DNA of 64,000 nt from Candidatus Zixiibacteriota bacterium (GTDB taxonomy: Bacteria; Zixibacteria; MSB-5A5; GN15; FEB-12). The translations under genes were made by a program, and so were the position numbers. This document shows positions 46,257 through 54,227 of the stretch, in pieces. Location of the stretch: positions 1,554,311 to 1,618,310 of the forward strand of contig CP070756.1 in NCBI GenBank assembly GCA_020348905.1, in the 5' to 3' direction. The notes beneath the pieces were generated by a model that was not told where the DNA came from, did no database searches, and saw nothing but the letters and a program-made list of their open reading frames with translations. The first letter of the stretch is position 1. Each line of letters begins with the position of its first letter.

Positions 46257-48532
46257 TGATTCGCAAGTTTCCTTCAGTATTCCTGCTGATTTTCATCGTA
46301 ACCGGAATTGTCATGGCTGATCAGAGCCGGTGGCCTTCCTGGTTGTTTCTATTGGTGTGTCTGGTCCCGTGTCTGGGGGGATTTCTTGCTCTTACGTCCC
46401 CGCGAAAGATGCTCGCCACCGTTTTGTTCTGTTTTTCGTTGCTGGGTTTCTCGGCCTTTCGCTTTGCGGCCGGCTTCTATGACGCGGGCCCTAATCACAT
46501 TTCCAGTTTCGACCTCCCAGGCGGCAGTTACCACATCTATGGTGAAGTTTCCGATTGGCCAGACCTTCGCTCTGATCGTACCGAATTCAAAATCGCTATA
46601 GACTCCATTGTAGATTCCCGCTGCCATCGCCTCATCGGGTTTATATTGCTCCGGGTGTCAGATACCACTACTGCTTTGCAGCGCGGCGATCGGGTCGAAT
46701 TCCATGGGAGAATATATCCGGTGAGACAACAAGTTTCTCCGGGCTCGTTCGATTACGGGCGACACCTCAATATGAGAGGCGTATTCGGTATCGTCTACGT
46801 ACCGACTCTTCTCGACGTCCGGGTAGACCGGCGAAACCGGTATGGCTTTTTATCGATGATCGATCGGTTGCGCGATGCCATCAGGGCCAGCCTTTACCAG
46901 AACCTCTCATCAAGCAGTGCCGCCCTGGCCTCGGGCTTTCTGATTGGCGAAACCAGGGATATTCCAATCGATGTGTATCAGCGGTTTCGTGACTCAGGCA
47001 CCCTTCATCTTCTGGCGGTATCGGGTTCCAATGTTGCCCTGATAGTGGTATTTTTTGTGTTTCTTCTCCGCCCTTTGAAGATTGACCCGACCAGGCGGGC
47101 TCTGGTGCTTCTGGCCGTGATCCTGATTTTCGCCTTTCTTTCATATGGCGAACCATCGGTCGTCAGAGCCTCGGTCATGGCCGGGCTGATTATCGTGGCC
47201 GGCCTGCTTCACCGGCGGCACAATCTGAACAACATAATCGCCACGGCTGCCGCCATCATTCTGCTGGTCGATCCCGCCCAGCTTTTTGATGTCGGTTTTC
47301 AGTTGTCCTTCTGTATCGCCTGGGGACTAATATTCATCGTTCCCCGTGTGACAGAGTTCTTCAAACCGGTTCAAAGTCGCTGGTGGTACCGGTGGCTGCT
47401 TTTTCCGCTTCTGATATCGGTGATCGCTCAGATCTGTTCGATGGGTTTGATCGCTTATTACTTCGACCGCGTCCCGCTTATTTCTCCTCTGGCTAACCTG
47501 GTGGTGGTTCCAATCGTGTCGGCAGCGGTGATCGGGACCCTGATCCTCCTGGTAGCTAATCTCATTCTGCCGGTCTTGGCTTTGTTTTTCGGAGCATGGC
47601 TGAACCTTCTTCTGGAGTGTGTGCTGAAGCTGGTGGAAACTTTTGGTAGCGACACGATGCCGGCGCTAAGCGTAGTGAACATGCCAATGTGGGTGAACCT
47701 GTTAATTTATGCTTACATCTTTCTGGCCGCCTGGTCACTCGGCAAGAAGTATGTCCGACGTCTGGTACTGATTTCGCTTCTGATGCTGGCCAATCTGATT
47801 CTGCTGGTTCATGTTTTCGACGATGGGGCGGCTTATGGTGAGGCCGAGGTAACCCTCTTTAGTATCCCCGGTGGTGCGGCGGCGGTAGTGAAGCGGTTGG
47901 GCGGAAATGATGCCGATCTGATCATAACCGGCATCAGAGGGCGTAATTATCCGGTCGATGAAAGGATAATCGGACCATGCCTGGACGAACTCGGGGTGGT
48001 CCGTCTCGGAACCGTGTTCGTCTTATCTGCTGAATTCGATGCCATAGACGATGTTTTACGTCTGACCCGGACTTACCCCGGGAGCCGCCTGTATGTGGAA
48101 CGGAGCGATGAACCGAGTTTCAAAGACGTCATCGCGTCTGATACCGCCGGTGACAGTGGCTCGTCAATTTTGACTTTTGGAGACACTGTCGCCGAATATG
48201 ATCGCAAGGGAGCTTACTACTGTCCGACCGGATGGGGTTTGCTTTTATCTGTGAACGGTTCGAAGGTGTTCTTTTGTGATTATGTTTTGCCGGCACACTT
48301 GAATGCTGACACGAAACTTGAGGGTGCCGTGCTGGTTGTGGGTCAGACCTGGCGTTCGACCGGCGAAGACCTCGCTGGCATCCGCCGCCGGGGTTTCAGT
48401 CAGATCGTCTGTTCAAAAATAGCACAGCCGCGCTACCACGAGGAATCTATGTTCGGGCATCAGCCTCCAAGAGCGCTTCCGGTGAATGTCTACGACCTGA
48501 GCCGGCGTGGCAGGCTAACGCTGAATCTGTAA
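46256..48532 (+). CDS. comEC: ComEC/Rec2-family DNA internalisation channel protein
   Basis: N-terminal TM/OB region, competence domain (FRDSGTLHLLAVSGSNVALI...SFCIAWGLI). The C-terminal domain lacks the MBL HxHxDH motif. The ATG overlaps the murJ stop (TAATG). Confidence 0.8.
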   Translation: MIRKFPSVFLLIFIVTGIVMADQSRWPSWLFLLVCLVPCLGGFLALTSPRKMLATVLFCFSLLGFSAFRFAAGFYDAGPNHISSFDLPGGSYHIYGEVSDWPDLRSDRTEFKIAIDSIVDSRCHRLIGFILLRVSDTTTALQRGDRVEFHGRIYPVRQQVSPGSFDYGRHLNMRGVFGIVYVPTLLDVRVDRRNRYGFLSMIDRLRDAIRASLYQNLSSSSAALASGFLIGETRDIPIDVYQRFRDSGTLHLLAVSGSNVALIVVFFVFLLRPLKIDPTRRALVLLAVILIFAFLSYGEPSVVRASVMAGLIIVAGLLHRRHNLNNIIATAAAIILLVDPAQLFDVGFQLSFCIAWGLIFIVPRVTEFFKPVQSRWWYRWLLFPLLISVIAQICSMGLIAYYFDRVPLISPLANLVVVPIVSAAVIGTLILLVANLILPVLALFFGAWLNLLLECVLKLVETFGSDTMPALSVVNMPMWVNLLIYAYIFLAAWSLGKKYVRRLVLISLLMLANLILLVHVFDDGAAYGEAEVTLFSIPGGAAAVVKRLGGNDADLIITGIRGRNYPVDERIIGPCLDELGVVRLGTVFVLSAEFDAIDDVLRLTRTYPGSRLYVERSDEPSFKDVIASDTAGDSGSSILTFGDTVAEYDRKGAYYCPTGWGLLLSVNGSKVFFCDYVLPAHLNADTKLEGAVLVVGQTWRSTGEDLAGIRRRGFSQIVCSKIAQPRYHEESMFGHQPPRALPVNVYDLSRRGRLTLNL

Positions 48533-48677
48533 AAGGCTTATCACAAACCGTTTTATCTGACTATTGGCTCGATTTTGCAATTAAGAAATCGGCCTGTTTT
48601 CCCGATAATTATAGAGAAATATCCGACTGACGGAAGTCGGTGAATGACATCCTAAAGCGAAGGTTTGGGGACTACAA

Positions 48678-49880
48678 ATGAGTTTAGCCGGTAACTTAAA
48701 AACAGTCTCGTTTCCGGACATCCTGCAGCTGCTGGCTACGGGAAAGAAGACTGGCATATTGGAAGTAAAGACTTCAACGCGCCAGAAGGAAGTTGCCTTC
48801 AAAGACGGTAACATCATCTATGCTTCTTCGGTCAATACCACCGAAGACCTGCTCGGCAATATGCTACTTCGGCGCGGAAAGATCACCAAGTCTGATCTTG
48901 ATCGAGCTATATCACTGCACAAGCAGACCGGGCGACAGCTTGGCACCACCCTGATAGACATGAATCTGTTCCAGAAGGAAGATATTGCAGAGTGTCTTCG
49001 GCTCCAGATAGAGGAAATTGTCTACAACCTGTTCTCCTGGCAGGAGGGAGATTTCGTATTTCATGAAGGCTCTTCGCCCAGCAACGTACCGTTCTTGATC
49101 GAACTGAACACCATGAATGTCATCATGGAGGGGACGCGGAGAATCGACGAATGGATGGAGATTCAGAAAGTCCTTCCGCCCGATGATGTGGTTCTGGCGC
49201 TGGCCAAGTCACCCAAGGTTGCCAAAGAGGATATTTCGATTTCGCTTGAAGAGTTTCGGATCATGGCCCTGATCAACGGTGAAAGGACCCTGCCCGATCT
49301 GATCAACATTTCGCCCATGGGTGAGTTCGTCACCTGCCGGGCGATCTACCGGCTCATTGTCGGCAACCTCATCGAGGTTGTGGGCCGCAGAGAAGACAGT
49401 CCCGAGGAAAAAGAGGATGAAGAAGAAGTCATTCTGGGTGTCCTGTTTCACCTGTACAACAACTGCTTTTTCAAAATCAGAAGTCTGGTAGAATCAGTCC
49501 TGGGAGAGAGTAACAGCCGCTTCGTGGATTTCACCTCGCAGTATCGTAGCGGCGTTTTTACCTTTTTCCCCGGCGTCGACCCGTCTTCGGAGTTGTGTCC
49601 ATCGTTCGACAAGTTCGTAGCCGCCGTCCGCGCCTTTCCGATTGAGACACGCTACCACAAACTGATGTCGGGCCTGGAAAACATGCTGGCCGAACAGCTT
49701 GAATATGTCTTTCAGCTTTTGGGAGTGGGTATTTACCGTGAGGCTGCGGTGCAGGTGAAAAAGGAGATTTCCGAACCACTGGCCGTACGAAGGGAAATGG
49801 TTAAGAGATATGGAATCGACGACAGTTTTTATAAAACGATGAAGAGAGCTGAAAAAGTCGTCAAAATGGTAAGAGGGTAA
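48678..49880 (+). CDS. PATAN/DUF4388-domain protein with a helical insertion
   Basis: N-terminal LAGNLKTVSFPDILQLLATGKKTGILEV...VAFKDGNIIYASS is the DUF4388 signature. An inserted helical repeat pair resembles GspE-N/MshEN helices. The C-terminal ~150 aa is unassigned. Confidence 0.7.
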   Translation: MSLAGNLKTVSFPDILQLLATGKKTGILEVKTSTRQKEVAFKDGNIIYASSVNTTEDLLGNMLLRRGKITKSDLDRAISLHKQTGRQLGTTLIDMNLFQKEDIAECLRLQIEEIVYNLFSWQEGDFVFHEGSSPSNVPFLIELNTMNVIMEGTRRIDEWMEIQKVLPPDDVVLALAKSPKVAKEDISISLEEFRIMALINGERTLPDLINISPMGEFVTCRAIYRLIVGNLIEVVGRREDSPEEKEDEEEVILGVLFHLYNNCFFKIRSLVESVLGESNSRFVDFTSQYRSGVFTFFPGVDPSSELCPSFDKFVAAVRAFPIETRYHKLMSGLENMLAEQLEYVFQLLGVGIYREAAVQVKKEISEPLAVRREMVKRYGIDDSFYKTMKRAEKVVKMVRG

Positions 49881-49882
49881 AG

Positions 49883-50245
49883 ATGAGAAAGATATTAGGA
49901 TTGAGTGTCCTGAGCATTCTGGCAACAAGCGGCGACGCGACGGCGGCGAATTTAGCCGTCATTACCAGCCCGCCAACAATGCTCAAGTTTGTGGTCTTCG
50001 GCGTTGCCATTGGATGCCTGGTCGGCTCGGTGAAGCTTCTGTCAGTCCTGAAGGGAGGACTGCTGTTTAAGAGTTGGCAGAATATCATGTTCGGATTCGG
50101 AGTCCTGGCCGTGTCGCAACTGGCCGCCCTGCTCAGTGATTTCGAAGTGGTTAACCTGCCCGACTTCGTTTCACCGGCTCTCTGGGTAGTTGTATGCGGG
50201 CTCTTCCTTTACGGAATCTTTGAGGCCAAGAGAACCCTGGACTGA
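49883..50245 (+). CDS. Small membrane protein (signal/anchor plus 3 TM segments)
   Basis: 120-aa hydrophobic ORF starting 2 nt after the previous stop. No known family. Confidence 0.55.
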   Translation: MRKILGLSVLSILATSGDATAANLAVITSPPTMLKFVVFGVAIGCLVGSVKLLSVLKGGLLFKSWQNIMFGFGVLAVSQLAALLSDFEVVNLPDFVSPALWVVVCGLFLYGIFEAKRTLD

Positions 50246-50255
50246 AAATTATTAT

Positions 50256-50284
50256 ATTGACATAACTTGCTGTATTATATATAA
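50256..50284 (+). promoter_or_regulatory. Perfect consensus sigma-70 promoter in an AT-rich spacer
   Basis: TTGACA (50256-50261), 17 nt, TATAAT (50279-50284). An 8-nt direct repeat TAAGTTGA lies at 50296 and 50316, downstream of the -10 box. Confidence 0.55.
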
Positions 50285-50348
50285 TTATGGGCTAAGTAAG
50301 TTGATGTATTTGTCAATAAGTTGAAAACCAATAACTTCGAAGCTGCTG

Positions 50349-51209
50349 ATGATAAATGCTGTCGAAATAGACGAGCGAATTAGTAAGTGTCAGAAGATTT
50401 TGGACGTCGATCCAAACTCTCAAATCTTTGCCGCTCTGGCGGAAGCCTATCGTAAGAAGGGGGAGTTAGAGAAGGCTTTTCGCGTTTGCCAGAACGGTCT
50501 CAGAATTCATCCGTCTTACGGCTCGGCGCATGTTGTCATGGCCAAGATCAATCTTGACCGGCGCCTTTACGATTGGGCTGAAATCGAGGCCAGAAAGGCA
50601 TCCGAAATAGACGGTCTGACGCGGACTATCGAGCTGTTGCTGGCTGAAATATACATCTATAAGGGCGAATTCACGCAGGCCGTGAAACTGCTCAAGAAGC
50701 TCAACGAGGCTGATCCCAATAACGATCAGATCAAGAAACTGTTGGACATTGCTCAAAAGATACCCGAGGAGCAGACCCTGGTCATTGAGCAAGCGGCGCC
50801 GGAGCCGGGCGACGGGACAGGGCAAACCGACGAAGTCCCGGTGGCGGATGAACAAGCTACCCCGCAACGTTTGGGAGTCAGGGACGTGGTGGAGCAGGCG
50901 TTGAAGATAGGCGGGGTTCAGGGTGCGCTTCTGGTTAACTTTGAGGGTTTGATTGTAGACTCGGAATGGCGATTGTCTATGGATTCTTCGCTATGCAGCG
51001 CCACGCTGGGGGATGTTAGTAACCTGCTAAGTCAGGACCTGGTAAAAAGTTCTTTCGGAGACTTCTACACGGTACTAATCGAAGCTGCCAAGAACACTTT
51101 TTATCTGGTCCGCGTTCATAATGGTTTATTCCTGTTCGTTACCGATAGCAAGGCTAATCTGGGGACGATCAGAATGAAGGTTGAGAATTTGCTGATCTCG
51201 TATCAGTAA
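50349..51209 (+). CDS. TPR-repeat protein fused to a C-terminal Roadblock/LC7 (MglB-like) domain
   Basis: TPR helices at aa 20-135, an acidic/Pro linker, then VVEQALKIGGVQGALLVNFEGLIVDS...FYLVRVHNGLFLFVTDSKANLGTIRMKV, which follows the Roadblock pattern. Confidence 0.7.
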   Translation: MINAVEIDERISKCQKILDVDPNSQIFAALAEAYRKKGELEKAFRVCQNGLRIHPSYGSAHVVMAKINLDRRLYDWAEIEARKASEIDGLTRTIELLLAEIYIYKGEFTQAVKLLKKLNEADPNNDQIKKLLDIAQKIPEEQTLVIEQAAPEPGDGTGQTDEVPVADEQATPQRLGVRDVVEQALKIGGVQGALLVNFEGLIVDSEWRLSMDSSLCSATLGDVSNLLSQDLVKSSFGDFYTVLIEAAKNTFYLVRVHNGLFLFVTDSKANLGTIRMKVENLLISYQ

Positions 51210-51226
51210 ACAATAAAGGACAACTT

Positions 51227-52201
51227 ATGGAAATAAGCGGACGCATATCAAGGCAGATTCTGCTCCTATCGTTGCTGGTACTGCTGGTTTCGATGCTGAT
51301 ATTTCCTAAGAGATATGGGACGAATCTTGCCGACGCTCCTTTGATTTATGTCGTGGTTGAACTGGTTTTCTATGGATTCGTGATTTACCTGTTTAATAGA
51401 AGCCTCACCCCGCTGCAGCTGGTATCTTCGGCCGGTCTGTGCCTGATTTACCGATTTGCTCTTGGAGCAGCTCTTGGTATCGGCATCGTTGTCGTCTATC
51501 AGTGGCAGTTCAAAACAGCCCTGATAGCAGGCATGGGAAGTTATCTTCCGGGAATGCTGCTTCAAATAGTGGCGGCGCCTTTTATTCTGAAACCGGCTAT
51601 TGACGTTCTTTACGGTGGGCAGCCCAAGGCCAAACCGAAAGCTCCACCGAAACCCCAGAGTGCCTCCACCGATTCCTTAACCTCTATTGCCGCCTCGAAG
51701 AAGAAAGGTTACAGCCAGACGGGCCCGGCTTCGGTGGCCGAAGTGTTCGGGCCAGATGCGGCTTCGAGCCAGACCGGTTCCGTGGCCTCGACCGCCACCG
51801 AAGACAACGGATTCGACCGGGCCACCAGGTACATAGGCGAGGATGGATCGGTCCTGGTGGCAGCTGTAGTTGATGTTGATGGTTTACTGTTGGGCAATTT
51901 CAGCCGGCGGGGCGTCGATGCCGAGGACTGGGCTCCCTTCGCGCTGACTTTGGTGGAACAGAATCGGCAAGTGGTGACCCGGCTCGATCTGGATAAACCT
52001 GAAAAGATCGACATTGTACTCAACGACAAGAAAGTAATCGTTGCCTGCGAAGAGGCTTACTCGCTGATGGTCGTCGCCGACCGGGCAACCGATGATGTTC
52101 TTAATATTCGAATTAATCAGGGGCTTGAAATAATCAGAAAATATGTAGCTGAACGATATAGCGAAGAGCTTATCGGGAAGGTGGAGAAGACTTATGTATG
52201 A
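51227..52201 (+). CDS. Membrane-anchored (about 4 TM) protein with a C-terminal Roadblock/LC7 domain
   Basis: Hydrophobic N-terminal 125 aa, a Lys/Pro/Ser linker, then YIGEDGSVLVAAVVDVDGLLLGNF...KKVIVACEEAYSLMVVADRATDDVLNIRI. Confidence 0.7.
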   Translation: MEISGRISRQILLLSLLVLLVSMLIFPKRYGTNLADAPLIYVVVELVFYGFVIYLFNRSLTPLQLVSSAGLCLIYRFALGAALGIGIVVVYQWQFKTALIAGMGSYLPGMLLQIVAAPFILKPAIDVLYGGQPKAKPKAPPKPQSASTDSLTSIAASKKKGYSQTGPASVAEVFGPDAASSQTGSVASTATEDNGFDRATRYIGEDGSVLVAAVVDVDGLLLGNFSRRGVDAEDWAPFALTLVEQNRQVVTRLDLDKPEKIDIVLNDKKVIVACEEAYSLMVVADRATDDVLNIRINQGLEIIRKYVAERYSEELIGKVEKTYV

Positions 52202-52535
52202 CGTGTTGGACGGCTTGAACAAAACCACCGGTGTAACCGGGTCTATGGTGGTGGGAAATGACGGTATCGTCATTGCCGCCAATCTCGATGAATCGTTCGA
52301 GGGCGAGGCGATAGGTGCTCTGGCAGCGTCAATTACGACCAATATTCAGAAGTCACTTGACCGGCTGGAGTCGACGCCGCTGAAGCAGGTAACGATTGAA
52401 GCAGAGGAAGGAAAGCTATTTTTCACCGATGCCGGTCTGGGTATTCTGGTGGTGACCACCGAAAAGCAGGTGAATATCGGTTTGATTCGGCTGGAAATCA
52501 AGAATGCTATCAGTAAACTCAAAATAGCAGGGTAA
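52194..52535 (+). CDS. Stand-alone Roadblock/LC7 domain protein (MglC-like size)
   Basis: 113 aa: LNKTTGVTGSMVVGNDGIVIAANL...EEGKLFFTDAGLGILVVTTEKQVNIGLIRLEI. The start overlaps the upstream stop (ATGTATGA). Confidence 0.8.
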   Translation: MYDVLDGLNKTTGVTGSMVVGNDGIVIAANLDESFEGEAIGALAASITTNIQKSLDRLESTPLKQVTIEAEEGKLFFTDAGLGILVVTTEKQVNIGLIRLEIKNAISKLKIAG

Positions 52536-52564
52536 ACAATCTATAACACACAGGATCAAACAAT

Positions 52565-53656
52565 ATGGTTTCAATAAACTATTCATCGCGGGAAGTCTGT
52601 TGTAAGATTGTCTATTACGGTCCTGGTCTGTCCGGCAAGACGACCAATCTGCTTTACGTCCACTCTAAGGTACCCTCGGATACGCGCGGTAAGATGATTT
52701 CTCTGGCAACGGAAGCCGACCGAACCCTGTACTTCGACTTTCTGCCGATAAACATTGGCACGATTAACGGCTTTGCCGCCAAATTCCAGCTATACACCGT
52801 ACCCGGTCAGGTTTACTATAATGCGACCAGGAAACTGGTGCTGCGCGGCGTGGACGGAGTCGTATTCGTGGCCGACAGTCAGCCCGATAAGATGGAAGAA
52901 AACATCGAATCATTGGTCAACCTCGAGGAAAACCTCAGGGAATACGGTTATGATATCAATGATCTTCCCATGGTTATCCAGTATAACAAACGGGATCTTC
53001 CGGGGGTGATGGCGGTAGATGAACTCAACACCCGTCTCAATACACGGAATTTGCCTCATTTCGAGGCGTCGGCTACGATCGGTAACGGAGTATTCGACAC
53101 GCTCAAGTTGATAATCAAGCTGGTGCTGGAGAAGGCCAAGCGAAGTGCCACCGATCGAGCTCGACCGGATGTGAGTTATTCGGAGCCGGCCGCCGAGGCG
53201 CCTGTGCCGACTCCGGTTCAGCAGGAGCCGGATGAGGTTCCGTCAGCACCGTCAGAGCCGGCCGCACCGGAGCGGGTGCCGGTCGAACCATCACCGGTGA
53301 CAGCCGAGGCAGAGCCCGGCGGGCAGGCGGCGCGATCGACCGGGCCTATAAGTGTGGCACAGGCCGAACCCGTGGCCGAGGCTCCGGCGGAGCAGCCCGA
53401 ACCGTCCAGGTATCGTCCGTATCCGGGCGGTGAAAATCCGGAGGAATTGGACAAGAAGATTTCATCTGCAAGCTTTACACCTACCCGGCGGGAAGAAGCG
53501 GATGACAATGCGCCGGCCGCGGAAGTAGCCGGACTTAAGACCGGCCAGGACAGCGAAAGCGCCGACCTGTCCCGACCGGCAATGGCTCCTTCACTCAAGC
53601 GCCGCGGCGACAAGAAGAAGCGCGGTTTCTTTAAACGTTTGTTCGGTATTAAATAG
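52565..53656 (+). CDS. mglA: MglA-type Ras-like small GTPase with a ~170-aa disordered C-terminal extension ending in an amphipathic basic tail
   Basis: The first ~192 aa are near-collinear with Myxococcus MglA as I recall it (INYSSRE..CKIVYYGPGLSGKTTNL, DRTLYFDFLP, YTVPGQVYY, QYNKRDL). The tail is P/A/E-rich and ends KKKRGFFKRLFGIK. Confidence 0.9.
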   Translation: MVSINYSSREVCCKIVYYGPGLSGKTTNLLYVHSKVPSDTRGKMISLATEADRTLYFDFLPINIGTINGFAAKFQLYTVPGQVYYNATRKLVLRGVDGVVFVADSQPDKMEENIESLVNLEENLREYGYDINDLPMVIQYNKRDLPGVMAVDELNTRLNTRNLPHFEASATIGNGVFDTLKLIIKLVLEKAKRSATDRARPDVSYSEPAAEAPVPTPVQQEPDEVPSAPSEPAAPERVPVEPSPVTAEAEPGGQAARSTGPISVAQAEPVAEAPAEQPEPSRYRPYPGGENPEELDKKISSASFTPTRREEADDNAPAAEVAGLKTGQDSESADLSRPAMAPSLKRRGDKKKRGFFKRLFGIK

Positions 53657-53673
53657 TCATCCAGGAGGCTGAA

Positions 53674-54165
53674 ATGGCTGATAATAGTCTGATAATCTAT
53701 GAAGAAGAGATTAACCAAATCGACTCGTTGATTTCTAAGATGCTCAAAGGGGCCGAGGCAAAGTGCGCTCTCCTTGTCGACAAGGATGGTCACCTTATCA
53801 CCCGTCAGGGATTCACTCACTCCCTTGACACAACCGCTCTGGCCGCCCTGCTGGCAGGGTCATTCGCATCGACCAAGGAAATCGCACGGCTGGTCGGTGA
53901 GCCGGAGTTCTCGGTGCTGTTCCACCAGGGCAAGAAAGACCATATCCATATGTCGCTGGTCGGAGATCGGTCCATCCTCGTGGTCATATTCGATGACCGT
54001 ACGACGATCGGGATGGTGCGTTTGTATGCCAAGGAGACAGCGATCGAGTTGGGCAAGATCTTCGAGAAGATCAAAGAGCAGTCCGCCGATAAACCCAAGG
54101 CTGGCATTACCAGTGATTTCGCCAGTAAGGCTGAAGACAAGCTCGACGATATCTTCCAGGATTAG
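53674..54165 (+). CDS. mglB: MglB-type Roadblock/LC7 GTPase-activating protein
   Basis: YEEEINQIDSLI...ALLVDKDGHLITRQG...DTTALAALLAG...FHQGKKDHIHMSLVG...VVIFDDRTTIGMVRLYAKE plus an acidic C-tail, collinear with Myxococcus MglB as I recall it. AGGAGG SD. Confidence 0.85.
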   Translation: MADNSLIIYEEEINQIDSLISKMLKGAEAKCALLVDKDGHLITRQGFTHSLDTTALAALLAGSFASTKEIARLVGEPEFSVLFHQGKKDHIHMSLVGDRSILVVIFDDRTTIGMVRLYAKETAIELGKIFEKIKEQSADKPKAGITSDFASKAEDKLDDIFQD

Positions 54166-54227
54166 CGCTGTTTCCGTTACTTAAACAAGTGCGTCGGTAA
54201 ACCCGTTTACATCGAGTTGCAAGGATT

